Under the pieces are notes generated by a model. It did no database searches. It was not told the DNA's origin and was given only the letters and a program-made list of their open reading frames with translations. A stretch of 47,535 nucleotides of DNA, filler included, from Sphacelaria rigidula (lineage: Eukaryota): assembly GCA_964200075.2 (NCBI GenBank). It is 2 parts of 2 records of this genome, joined end to end, with 100 filler letters (N's around TTAATTAATTAA, not from the genome) between each part and the next. Parts side by side here need not be neighbours in the genome. Positions count along the whole stretch, not along the records: positions 23,833 to 47,535 come from CAXNAA020000250.1; 1 more part is not named here. One strand, 5' to 3'. This document shows, piece after piece, positions 24,657 through 38,100 of the stretch; position 1 is the stretch's first letter, and each line of letters starts with the position of its first letter. The translations under genes were made by a program, and so were the position numbers.

Positions 24657-25022
24657 ATGAAGACAATCGTGATGACGAGGGCGCACCTGCTTTTTTTGTT
24701 GCTGACTCTGCTCGTTGGGGTGACGATGATCGGCGGAGTGCTTGGCGAGGACGTGGCACCGCCGGATATGGATGCCGTCACAGCAGACCTGCTGGGCGAT
24801 ATTGTGCGAGCACCGTCTTCCGAGCTCGTGGCGTCAGCTGTCGAGGCGCAGATAGAGCTCCGGGCGACAAGCCGATGCGGCGTTATTTTGGGCGATCTCG
24901 ACGCCCGCTGCCCCAACGGGATCATGCTCGTCACAGCCTCCATGACCAAGTTTTGGTCGACGTGTGAGCCGGCAGGGTGTGCACGTCTTGAAACCAACGA
25001 CAAGGCCATTTTTGGTGACACG
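24657..25022 (+). CDS. Exon 1: signal peptide and Cys-containing segment
   Basis: ATG 24657, GC-rich codons, perfect donor ACG|gtgagt, phase 0. Confidence 0.8.
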
Positions 25023-28000
25023 GTGAGTGATCTCTGTCTGCTTTATTCAGGCGAATGGCAAGTCAAAACGGTTGCTGTTGGAGAAGGACCGATGCTTGGT
25101 GTCTCTGCATGTAATCGTGCGGGATGTGGCAACTATGTCATGAACCATGCGGCGGTATGTTTCGTACAGTACAGTAGCTGTCTCGGTCGCAGTAAACACT
25201 ATGAACGAGTGCACAAATGTAGGACAGAAAAGGAGAGGCCGAAACAAGTCCGACTGTCAGTCATGTGTTTAGCTTGTGCTGAGTCTCTTGTCGTCAAGTC
25301 ACGCACAAGCGATGCCCCGGCGTTGAACCATTACATCTTTGCAGTATACACGCATACGATGATAATGCTACTACTAGTATTGCTACTGCTCCGATATATC
25401 GTCGCTCACGTGTGAGCGTAGGATTCGCTCCGAATTACAACGCAAGATGACGTGTGGCATACAGTATTTACGAGGCAAAGTCGAGGGGGCGGGCAGAATT
25501 TATTTCCCCGTATCTTTTACATCTTCTGTGTGGATATCCTGGTGAAATACATGGTTCGGGGATTTCTCGCAGAGCTATTTGATCGGCGTGACTCCGTGCT
25601 CCCTCCACAAATATCATCGGCGTGACTCCGTGCATGACATAGTTTCAATCGGCGTGACTCCGTCCACCAAAACTGTATGTTGAGAAGCGGCAGAGCTTGC
25701 CTGGAGCCAAGCTCGAGCTTACTATCAGGCCAAAAGCGTGACGGTCGATGATGACCTGTTTCTAGGGGTGTCCTTTTTGATTTCCGACCCCTTCCTATAT
25801 AGAGCCAGTTTTAGGGCAGATAGGCTGTACCAGGAAATGTCGCGGGTTTATATGCGCGAGTCAATTGAAATCCGTCTACTACGATCGGGTCGGGATGGAG
25901 TGGACACAAATGGGAGTGTGGTCGATTCGTCATCACTTCCATGTGTCGCTGAGGGGGAATCCCGGCGCTGAGTGATTCTAGCAACAGGTACAAGTATACC
26001 GTGGAGCCATGAAGTTCAGTATTTGCGGCAAGCACATGTAGCGGGTAGATCAAGATGTGCGATGGTTGCGCATAAAACATACTGTACAGTAGTTGTAATT
26101 GCAGCAGCGTCGGGCCGTCAGTACCGCAAGGCGGACAGCACCGTGCGGTATGCTGCATTTGGTCGTCTTGTCACGAGTCATGCTGCTGTAACTATTATAG
26201 ATTGATGAATTCGTATGTGTGCCTGTCATGCAAGGTACGTCAGTCTGCTGGCGGAAGCGAAGTAATTACAGTAGATGGTGCTGCAACTGAACTGACCGCA
26301 CGACACTGCACGTCTTTCGCCATCATGAACCTATCCCAGCCTTGCCATGATTCACTGTACTCTACTCTATACACAATGCATGCCGAGTTGTTTACGTGAC
26401 TTGTGCACTACTGTGGACGGAGGAACGCAAGTGAAGACAAGCCCTTTGCTCTGGTGCACGTAAGCAGCCGATCCACACGAGCCCACACTAGAGAAGACAC
26501 TCATTTATCACGAAGTCAGAGTGGTGGCGTTGAACCCCGTTCGCATGGTCCGTTCACCCGCTGAAAGTAGCCGAAATATCAGAGGTTAGTTTGTTGGTAG
26601 TTTGGTCACTTTTTACGGCGAACGAAAACACGTTGTGTACAAGTGCATTTTGGTCCTCCTGCGTTGTTTCACGCCCTATTCAAAAGCTAGAATAGGCGGA
26701 TGTGAACATCTTGGAGCGCCTTGCTATTCTCATTCAGACGGTTCCAGGATACCTTGGCGTTTTCCGGTGGCCGCAGCTTTTTGGGAGAAAAGCGAAATAT
26801 CGTCTTTCAAGGGAATATGTGCTTCGTGGGAGCAAAATAATTTCTCAGGCGCAGCATTAAATTGAATTGATTCACACATGAATCACGACACATGTGAAAC
26901 GAAGACCACCGAACAGAAAAACACACCGGCTTAGGGCTGGGGACGTCTGTATAACTGATACCGAGCATCGAAACGATTGGCATTTGACATGCCGAGAGAG
27001 TTGTAGGCAGGCGTAGTAGCAGGCGTGCAGAACGGCGGCCTGAACATCCAGCCATCTTACTGTTCGAATGCAAACAGTACGAGTGTTGAAGGTGGTACAC
27101 GCGGAACACGTACTTTGCGCTGTGAGCAGTCGGAGAGGGGTCGCATCGTTTGCATTTTCTGTCCAAGAACGGTCTAGACCCCATTATAGATACTGGTAGG
27201 ATACGCACGTACGAGCTGCTGCAGAAGTGAAAATGTAGGCGGTGTTTCCCAGTCAAAACAGGTACCGCTGAAACTGTTGTGTGTCAAATAGTAGTAACCG
27301 CGGGAAGATGCCGCAGGAGTGCACAAGTAGGTCGTGCTCTGAAGAATATGCCAGCTGAAATTCGGGTATTAACAACCGATCATCAACATTGAGGATGGAG
27401 TATTTCATTGCGGATGAGAACACGGAGGATTAATATCTTCGTGTCCACACCAAATCTTCGAAACATGGCTCCTCTCCTTCACCTACTACTGGTAAATATT
27501 GAAAAGTACTATTAATACACGTCATACAAATTTTGGAATTCGATAACCGAAATATTAGGGGTATTGAATAAGAAAACAATTTCGAGGAATTTCGGCGATC
27601 CGATCGGATCACCTATATTCGCCAAGATTGTTTCTTTATCTAGGGCCCCGACATTTCGGTCATCGACATCTAACTTTATAGGGCGTGTACAGTAGCAGTT
27701 GTCAATAACTACCAGTAGGTGAAAGGAATGAAACCATGTCCCGAAGATTTTGTATGGGTAAGAAGATTTAATTTTTTCCGGGTTCTCATCCTCAATGAAA
27801 AGCTCCGTCCTCAATTTCGAGGATCGGCTGTTTTTTACGTGAGTACAAAAGAGGACTTATTTATGTAAATACCACGGGTCTGTCTCGAGATTTTTTCAGA
27901 CACGGAGCGTCCCCCCGCCCTCCAGAAGGGCAATGTTTTGAAAATTGTCATGATGTTTTTGCTGTTGTTGATATTGTTGAAAGAAATTGATCAACAAACA

Positions 28001-28407
28001 CTGACAAAAACCGAAAAGTCTGGCGGACTTTGTGAGGTCCGTATAGTTGCTTTTGTTCCTTGCCCACCCTGTCCCGATGACCTCGGATGCCGCAACGCTC
28101 GCGCACATCTATGTACAATACACGAGCGCACGGTAGCGACAGCCTGTAGCCAAGGTAGCAACATGATCTCGCGCCTCGCCAAATTTGCGCGGACTAGTAG
28201 TGGGTAGTCGAGGCACCCGACACGGTATATGACCTCATAAATATAATCATGGTAGATGATGAGCTTGGAGGGGCGGTGTGTCCGTCATCTCAGCGGTCCC
28301 CATGCCAAGAATCTCTGTACACGGTAGCTGACGACATCCGCTCTGTACACGGCAGCTGACCGCATCCCCCAACGCCGTGGCAACGAACTACGGGACAGCA
28401 GGCTGGA

Positions 28408-28440
<33 letters not shown>

Positions 28441-31400
28441 ACCCCCAACTACCTTTCCCCCCCCCCCCCCCACAAAAAAACTCCATAAATATATAATAAA
28501 ATACTTCATAAATCTCNNNNNNNNNNCCGGCAGATGACCGCTGCCCCCAACACCGTGGCAAGAAACCACCGGGCAACCGGCTTGAATCCCCCCCCCCCCC
28601 CCCTCAAAAGCTCGAGTTTTCGATTTCGGGGCCTACGTGTCCCGAAAAATATTTTTTAAAGACTCTTGGCAAACATCCTTCGGGTCTGTTCGAAACCATA
28701 CATACCGGGTTGTTCCGAACAGGGCTCGATATCCTGCCGGACCATACCGGAATGTTCGAATGTTCTGTAGACATTTCGGTATGGCTTCCTATGCCAACCA
28801 AAAATCCCCCACCTCCGTGTGTACCCTGAAGAACACAGCCCTGGAGTGGATTGCTGAAGAAGTCAGCAAGTAGTCCGCTGGTCAGAAGAGAGCCCACTTA
28901 ATTTTTGCGTCATTCCACGTCCAACAACGTTTTCGTGAGATTGAGAGTAGAGCGCTGATTGAGAGTAGCTTTGATCTTTCGCCTTGACTAAGCGAATTTT
29001 TCATGCCGTTTATACTTTTTTTTGTCTATTTTACTGGTGTGTGCTTGTAGCTACACGTCGATATCCTACTCAGGAATATCGAGGGCCTCAGTGTCAAGCT
29101 ACTGTAGAAATAGTATCTAGCCTCGCGAAGGGTCGTTTCGGACCTGAAACGATTCATTCACTGATTGATCGCTCTTCACTCTCAATCGTATCCTCCACTC
29201 TCAATCTCATGAAAACGTTGTTGTTCCTGGGCTGCGCATACCGGGGGCGCAACCCTGGAAACAAAGCCTGAGGGTCGATTCGTAGGGTACGAACCAATTA
29301 CACTATAAAATCAAGTTATTTCCCGACGAATCATAAATTCGTCCCATCCTTGCATTTTGATGTGTGAGGTGCCCCTCACTACGGGGTCTCTTCCAGACCG
29401 GAAGGGTATAATTAATCCGCGGAGCGTCCTTGAGTCATCAGGGCGTGTCTTCACACATCATTTTTCGATCCAGAAAGTGCGGCTGAAGGGAAAATTCCAG
29501 GGGTATACACGTTACACGTTACGTTCATCACATGAAAAAAATGTAACGTTCACGTTACGCTACGTTACGCTAATGTTACATTTGAAAATTCAACGTTTCG
29601 TTCACTTCACGTCCATCACGTCACGTTACGTTTCGGCCAAACGTAACGTGTAATGCTGTGGCACGTGTAACGTGTATATCCCTGGAAAATTCCGATTTGA
29701 TACTGTCAGTAGGTCGTTAACTAAGCATTGATGACGTGGACATGAACGACGATCTATCCGATCAGATTTTTTCTTTCCGCCCCACACTTTTGATCGAAAG
29801 TAATTTGCTGAGGAACGGCCTTACCACGTGAAGAAAAAAGAGATGCGGATGGGTTGAATGGGTTTTGCGTAGTAGCGGATACTGTACCTCGTAGCCGATA
29901 TCATCACTGCTGTTTTTGCTCGTTCTTTTTGTGTCCATTAGACATGGCCGTACCTCATTACATCTTGGTATCGCAAATTTGATCAGCCCCCCCCCCGCAG
30001 CTTCAACTCTCATGTATTTCTGCATTCTTGCTATTCGTGCCCTCAACCCAGCTCTCGATGATCGGAGAAACCCAGAACTTCTGCTCGAAAAAAGCCATGC
30101 CTGTGTCTCCTGCCTGCCGTAATGTGTTCTTGACCGTTTGCGTTATGTCCAGGATGTGCTCGGTGCAGCTCCATAGGGTATTATGATAGCATTGGCAATC
30201 CTAGAGAGGCACATACGCCAAAGACAACCGCCGAGGAGGACGTCATTGTGTATGTCGAAAATGTGAAAGAGCATACCCTTGCTGCCTGCACGAGGGAATA
30301 TTCGGCAATTTGCAGCGGAGTGAAGCACCTCGTTCTGCTGCTTTTGATTGGTCAGATAGATGATGACTACTTCTTGGCTTCGAGAAAGATTTACCGTCGT
30401 TTTTGTCCTCCGACATTTTTTCCTGCAAACACGTGCGGCTAACTTGGGAAGCTCCTCCACTAACGAGAGAATCGGCGCCCCCAGCCCTTTTGCAAACCCC
30501 TCGATTCCCTCCATCGATTTCCCATCATTGGTTGCTTTCTTCTTTTTTTGGGTATCTTGGATACATATTGTGTGGTCGCTTTCTATGGAGTTTGAGAACA
30601 AAGCGGGAAGTACTCTTTTTCCTTTCGCCTTGTTTTAGACGAAAACAAACGTTTTGGAAACGGTTTTTCATGAGAGTTTGAAACGTTTCGCACGCCAACT
30701 GGCAGGCGTGAATTTGTGGAGGCGGGTAGCTGGTGCACCACGGTCACCCAAATGATATGAGCTTCTCATTAGACTCGAGCATGCTTCCCAACAGTCTCCA
30801 TCTTTCGTGTTTTCAACCCGCCGCGTGGATATATGTGGAGGCGTGTTTCGCTGTATCGTTTTCTCGAACAACCATGATCCAGTTGAAAAAATGTAGATTG
30901 AATTTATTTGGCGGCATTTTTTCTCGCATCAATGATAATTATGGTGAACAAAACGTGACGCAGGAAACGGTGTTGGAGAGAATTATCCGAGAAACGACAA
31001 GGACGTTTTCTCAAACTGATTCTCTCCGTAGCACAAGAAACGACCCGACCACGGGTAGGTAGATTCCTTGGGGTTCGTCCACTGTCACAATCGATCAACC
31101 TCAGGATTGTCAGCCGGCGACGCCGTCCGAGGCGAGGTCGGGGGTCAAACGATTGACCCTTTCAACTCGGAGAATTTACAACGGCCTTCGCTTTGGTCGG
31201 GAGCGCCCAACACACAACAAAGCAAATGAATGAATGTACATTGTGGACCCAAATGGATACGTCTTCGCCAAGCGGTCAAGTGGTTCACCTTTCGACTGCG
31301 ACGTGTTGTTTTCAGATCTTATCTTCACCAGCAGCACTCGTATCTGAAGATGAAACAGTCACGAAACGTTCCGAACGATACGCCATGCCTCAAATGGAAT

Positions 31401-34400
31401 CCTTTGTTGCAGCCAAAGCGCTGAACTTTCGCACTTGTTCCCGCTATGTTTGATCAATACGAAATCCAGGCAGAGCTGGCGGTGGCATTGGTGGAGGGAG
31501 AAGCGGAGAAGGCAGTGGAGGGGACCCATGGAGAAAATACGTGGTTTGACCGTCACCTGTCCGCGAGGAAGAAAACCTACGATCGGGTACGTTCCAAACC
31601 CTCGACGGTGCCATTAATTTAGCGCTTTGACTACGAGAACTTCTCATCAAATCGCCGGCATAATAAGCAGCTGAGGCCGACCCCTATGGCTGACGATCTG
31701 GATGCAAAATATTAAGGTTCGCCAGATCGCCGGTGAGTTGGGTCACCTGGCCATAAATCATATGGGGGGGAGGTATTCTGCTCGAACCGGAACGTTTAGA
31801 CACCACTTTTTCCTTTGGACGAAAACATTTATTATGTCTCCGGGTTTGCGTGATGCCAACTCGATGTTTTCATTGATCTAGATCACCTGTCATGATAGTT
31901 TGTCTAACAAAAAATCGACAAATTGAGTGCGACTTTTCGTGAAAAGCGGCATCGAAAGGGCTGAATAAGAAGACCATCTCTGTAGACGGATGCCGACCAG
32001 CAGGTGACAATGTGGCCAGGTGTCTCAGAATACGGCTTGGGTAATGAGATGCAAATTTTGGCTTTCACTGTAGAGCATGCAGCATTATGGCATCTATTTG
32101 ACCCCGTTTATGCCGATGAACCGACCACTCTATGCATTGCTGCATGTACTTCTCTTTCTCCCCCAAGAATAAATTTGGTCATGGGGTCAAGACCATTTCT
32201 CTCCAAAGGAGGTTCCTACAGTGCTGTTAGTTGAGGTTCAATGGCAAGATGAATATATTGTGGGGAGATGCTCATGGAGACAAAACGTCGATCATGATTT
32301 TCGAGAAGAATGTTCAGGACGACGTTGCCCATATTTTGGGGAGATTTTGAGATTTTGTGTCAGATGTTTTTGCAGAATTTCGACTTCGAGTCGCCCACTA
32401 CCAAGCTCAAGATATCATAGCCACGATCGCAACTAGGAGTGGTGGTAGTGATGCAGCAAGACGACGCGAGACCCACACGGGGAAAGCTAATGGCGTAATT
32501 CGTGTCCATCTTGATATATCTTCTTCGCTCTGTGGGGATGGGGCACGTTTGGACGGTAGAGCTCGCGACGGAGACTTGCCTTGAATATGAATATCAACAA
32601 CTAACTGTACCCTCTTGGCACCTCTCGAGTCAAGGGTGTGATGGGGGATGAATGTCAGTTCGAAAGACGGCTTAGCGTAGACTATCTTCAAGCAGCACGA
32701 AGAAGTACGACGGAAACACGTTGGAAGGGTTTAGCGACGCCCCCAAGGTTCACCATCAAACACTCCGTGAGCTGAATGATGGCGACTCAACCGTGCAGCA
32801 TACTGGGGTTGCAGCGCGGCAGAGGGCGGAAACGTTGGAGAGGGTGTAAAGAATACGATATTGAGGCCTTCAATGATGCCTGGGTCTACCTAGTGTCAAG
32901 TTCCAGTGAGGACGAGGACGGCTAACCTTTTTCGCTCTGTGTGAGTCTTCTTTGACGCCCACCGCCCACCCCCCATGAGTACACCCCCCGCGCGGTGAAG
33001 GGCCGAAATACGGTCGTTCTCGGACCTATTGATATTCTTTGGACTGTTCACCAAGTTTGTAGGGTTCTAGTGCGTGAACAAATAAAGAAGAGTTATGAAT
33101 TCAAAAACGCCAAACATTTCAAAACCATTATCGCCCAATGTATAGGGCACGATTAAGGACCCCTCTAGACATAACGGACTTCACTCCTGGGGCAGAGGAA
33201 GTATACAACACGCCATTCCCCCCATACTGTACAGTGAAGGCCCCGACCTCTTCGTGAGTAGACGGTTATTATTACGGGATTGTAGGTCGGGAACAAGGGA
33301 ATTTCCTCGAAATTGATATCGGCACGGTATGTCGGGTTGGTCCCGTGGCGCAATCGAGCAAAGGGGGCAAGGAATACGTGGCGAATGAGTCATCCTCATC
33401 AAGGGTTTCTTCCGATCGTCTTTCACAATCTCCGGTGTGTTTTTGGCAAATCAGGTCTCTTCGATGAGTTAACTCGTGATGTATGTATGTATGCATGTAT
33501 GTATTTCCTATGTCACATGAGTTAGGGTCTCTCGGTTTATTCGGAGTGTCCACCCCAACGGCGTGGGTAAACAGTACGACACAAAGGTTGGTATCGTTGG
33601 AACAATAGAACGCGGGGGAAGCCCATTGAGAAAATAACCGAAGTATGTTTTTGGTTCAAAATTCGGGTCATGACCAATTCTGGGAATTGATCGATAATTA
33701 TGTTAAGTATCAAGCCCAGCGATCCGGAAGACGACTATTTTTCATGCGTTTATTCGGTTTCTTCGTCGGTTTTTATTCCCTCGGGAGAATGGGCGAAATA
33801 TGGCATTTTCAGGCGGGCTGATTTTCGCCGGCCGTCGATTGCATGGTACAAATGATGTGAATTGGGATGGGGAGGATGGAGCGGGGAGGAACATGGATTT
33901 CAACCCAAAAAAAGGAAAGGAAAAAAAGCTTTTCACAAGTGGACGCGGTTGAGCGCCCGTGTAAACCCGAAGACCCTCACGTGGGGGACGGAGGAGGAAT
34001 TGATTGGTGGTGATGACGTACTGGCCACCATAAAACTGTTTATCCGAACTGTTGATGCCTTAGACTCTTCGTACTCAACTCTCCACTTTTTTTTCTTTCT
34101 TTCCTCACACTTTGAGTCCCTCCCCTTCCTGGGGATGAGTCCGTGGTCTCAAGGGATCAGCTCATCTCTTCCCCGGTACGTGCCTTTCATTTTGATCTCG
34201 CGGATTGGGTCAGCACTTCCGCACCGCATCAACTCACGTCAAACAAACCCAGTCGACTACTTTGTTTACTCACGTTCTCACGCTTTCCACGGTGGAAATC
34301 AGACATACGAGGAAAATCCCAACGCATCGGGAATCGAACCCCCGTTCTCTCCACCCTAGTGCGAACAGTCGGACTATTACACCATCGGGGCGCTATACCA

Positions 34401-35100
34401 AATATTAGGCAATAATCATACCCCAATTTGTCGCATTTTTACCGCTAGTTTCGCGTTTGTTTATTCGGAACTGTTATCTATGAAGTCACAACAAATTATT
34501 CACGCGAAGCTCAGCCACGATGAGAAAAGTCTTGCGAGCTTTTGAAAATGCGTCAACTTCATTACAAATCACACATCCGCTGACAAACATTCCGCTGATG
34601 AGAAGAACGCGTTTGCTTCCAAAACTCTCTACAACAGTAACTATGATGTATCCTAGATTATTTACTACCTGCAGTCGGTTGTACTATTATAAATGCTGAT
34701 GCACTCCTGGGTATGCCTTGTTCACCGCGGCTGAAGGGCGTGCACAAGTAACGTATACATTAACAACAACAACAACAGCAAAAACAACAAATGTCGCCCA
34801 TTTTTGTTTCTGTGTTTTGTCTTGGAACGCAAGAAAGGCGGCGGCCCTTTTCTACTCATGGTCTTGCCGCGCCTGCATTTAAAAAAAATACTCAAGTTCA
34901 AATGAGGGTCTCTAGGTTCGTTTATAGAGAGTTCGGCAAAGAAGCCGTGCCTGAACGTCTTCTCCGACACGTGCCCTCTGTCTGCAGAAGAAAACAACTC
35001 AAACACTTGTCACAAAATATATCTCAAAATGGCTTATACTACACCACGATACACCACGATGTTATTGAGCAAAGGTCTCCATACTGTCACGTGTAGTAGG

Positions 35101-35146
<46 letters not shown>

Positions 35147-38100
35147 TAGGCTTGAGGCACGAAACCAAGCCGAAGCATAATGAATAGATCACCAGTAATT
35201 TTGTTCGGCCGCTACCAATATGCATTGTTCATTACTTCTCTTGAAATATTCAGGGGTCTACACGTGACACATTCGAAATAACGAAACTTCGGGTCATTTA
35301 ACGCAACGTAAGGTTTGATCATTTGGATAAGACAAATGTAACGTAGCGTGATGTAACGTGTCGTCCTCCGAATGAATCTGACGTAACGTGTTACGTGCCA
35401 CGTGTCACGGTTACAAATTCACAAAAAGGGCTTTTTCATAAGTGGAAATTTCCGAAGATTCCGAGAGACACGGCTTCAAGGACAACATGTTACGTCATGT
35501 TACGTTACATTTGTCGAGAACGAATAAATCAAGCCTTGCGTAGCATTAATTAACCCAAAGTTGAGTGTTTTTAGATGGTGTGCCACATGTGTAACGTGTA
35601 TATATCCCCGGAAACAAGACCCTAAACAGTCCTCGGTGAAACGGCACGGTTGCTGCTTCGTCGGCGCGTGGAACACTGTTAGGCACGGCAGAAATTCACT
35701 TCCTTGCATGCATCCGATAGTAGCACTTAATGTCCCGGTGATTCCGTTTGTGCCAATGCAATACCCCCCCCGCTCCGTGCTCTATCTCGAAAGCGATGCG
35801 TGGTCAATGGTTGAATGACTAAGGCAAGCAACAAATGATTACGCCCCCGCCCCCCGCCCCCCCCCCCCCGCCGTGAGACAGGGCACCAAGATTTGCGAGG
35901 AGGCGCTCACAAGCCTCACCAAGGACGGCGATTTTACTGCTGCCACGTTCATGCTGGACCTCGCTAGCTACGAGGGCTTCGTGAGCAGCACGATTGACCA
36001 AGCCCGGAAGGCGCGTGACGTCCTCATCGCCGAGCAAGGACTCCGCGAGGGCATGGTGTGAGTTTTTGCGTTGATTCATGTATTATTGGTAGTACTGTAG
36101 TAACTTCGATTGTTCCTCCGTTTGGAGGTATGTTACTGTACACAATAGCAATTCCAGCAGTGGTCATACTACAAATAGGCAACGTGCACGATTACGGCGG
36201 TGTCGACACCGGAATTCATAAATGAATTGAGGGTGTTTTTTTTTCCAAGTATTAACCTTGGTAACCTTCATAGGTATCGAGATATTCCAATAAAAAAACG
36301 AAGGTGCACGCTTCGTGTGACTGTGATATGCGGCGTCGCTCATCCTCAAAAAAGGATACATTCGCAATTTGTGAAACCCCGTGGATTCTGAAAATGAGAA
36401 CAGTTTTTTTGTACGGTAATAAACGAAGGTGGAAATTGTTCGGTATGAATACGAGATTTCACAAGCGTCAACCGCAAACACAGGTGTTCAAGTACTTGCC
36501 TGCGCGACTGGCGGAACTTGACGTGGATATATCCATCGTCCCGGGAGCCTAAGACGAGAGATATCTAGTTCCGTTAGGGGCGGACACCCCAGGGGCCACC
36601 TGAACAGATGCCCGTTCGTGGTTATTTTACTGAATGGGTTTGTGGTGGACGGAGCCACGGTTGTCTCGTCCAGGAAGGTCTCTGCGCCCCCATTTTTCTT
36701 GCAGATCAATGATCGATTTGAAAAGGGGTGCGTATTCCGCTTGAGAGTCATTTCCCCATGATCGTGTGTTTGCGGTAGGTGTCCATTTGTGTTGTTTTTT
36801 CGTGGAAATGCTGCTGCAGGGGCCTCAATGACCATTTTACTTGAAAATAATACAAACGGACACTTGCCGCAAACACACAATGGTGAGGAAGACTGCCACA
36901 AACATAATATCCAAAAGGGTTAGTACGACTTGTAGTGGTCACAATATTACCAAATCCTACCGTTGGTTCACCAGGCTTCCACCTGTCTCGCGCCTCACTC
37001 GTCCATCACTTAAGTGATTGATGATGGGTCCTTGGGTTTCCAGAAAAGACACAAGCAAGCGAGTCATTGCTCGTGATGAAGTAGATGACTCGAGCAGATG
37101 AGCAAACGACTCATACCACGTGAAAAGTAAATGACTTGACCACGAGCACTCGAGTCATTGCTCGTCGTGGAAAGAGATGAATAGGGCGAGCACTCGAGTC
37201 ATTGCTCGTTGTGGAAAAAAATTAATAGGGCGAGCACTCGAGTCATTGCTCGTTGTGGAAAAAAATTCATAGGGCGAGCACTCGAGTCATTACTAGTTGT
37301 GGGAAAATATTAACAGGGCAAGCACTCGAGTCACTGCTCGTTGTGGAAGCAAATGAACAGGGCGAGCGCTCGAGTCACTGCTCGTTGTAGAAACAAATGG
37401 ACAGGGCGAGCACTCGAGTCATTACTCGTTGGGGAAACAAAATAATAGGGCGAGCGCTCGAGTCATTGCTCGTTGTGGAAAAAATTAAAAGGGCGAGCAC
37501 TCGAGTCAAAAAGGTGATGACTCGAGTGCACGAGTGATTGCTCGTTGTAAAAAGTAATTACTCGAGCACACGAGCCATGCTCGTTGTGTTTTGGAAAAAC
37601 ACCCACTGGTGCACTCGTCTAAACGAGTAATGACTCGTCCGACCTGTACAATGTTCATTCTCGAAGAAAATCTATCCCCTTGAAATTCGTGAAATCCCGT
37701 GTTTGTCGTGGATCTTGTCTCACGGTCTGATGAAAATAAATACGGGATTGGTAATGGCACGGTGGCCACCGATGAGCTGGACTGTTGTTATCGATTTTTC
37801 TCGCTAGATCCCGATAGCTCTTTGTTTCTAGAAAATAATCGGTTCTAAAAAGACCGCGGTGTACTGATATCGGGTGGAGAAAATGGCTGGAGAATAGGAA
37901 GCTACAAGATATTCGCAAACGAGTGTCATACTTTGACCGCTGAGTAAGGCCATGTCTTAACAAGCCGAGAAACATTCTGAAATTTTCATCATGTCTCCAC
38001 ACAACGCGAGATGGGGGTACCGACTGACGACAGAACACATGCCGAACCTTTTGGGAAGGCTGCGGTGTTACTTTTGGCACTGGACGCACGCCAAAAACGC

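Larger units (their letters stand above)
28790..30870 (-). pseudogene. Degenerate hAT-like transposase relic interrupted by two MITEs
   Basis: Motifs in hAT order on the minus strand: CTEHILD (CxxH, 30147-30167), LIKFAIPRCN (TRWNS-like, 29957-29986), HFLDRK (LDPR-like, 29462-29479), DFW (about 28800). Many frameshifts and stops. Confidence 0.4.

Noticed and set aside
24270-25415. 381-aa single-exon ORF
   Set aside because: Only 24657-25022 has coding-like composition; it ends at a perfect GTGAGT donor and the ORF flanks are UTR/intron read-through.
25582-25663. CRISPR-like mini array
   Set aside because: Repeats and spacers are too short, there are only three copies and no cas genes; kept only as a motif cluster.
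28340-28605. Apparent direct repeat either side of the 28517-28526 gap
   Set aside because: The second copy looks like an error-rich re-read of the first next to poly-C; probable assembly artefact.
34320-34391. Functional tRNA gene
   Set aside because: A and B boxes are present but acceptor and anticodon stems do not pair properly, and it continues into a SINE-like body and tail.
37060-37645. CRISPR array
   Set aside because: The 'spacers' are short and homologous to one another, there are no cas genes, and the context is a eukaryotic intron; it is a minisatellite.
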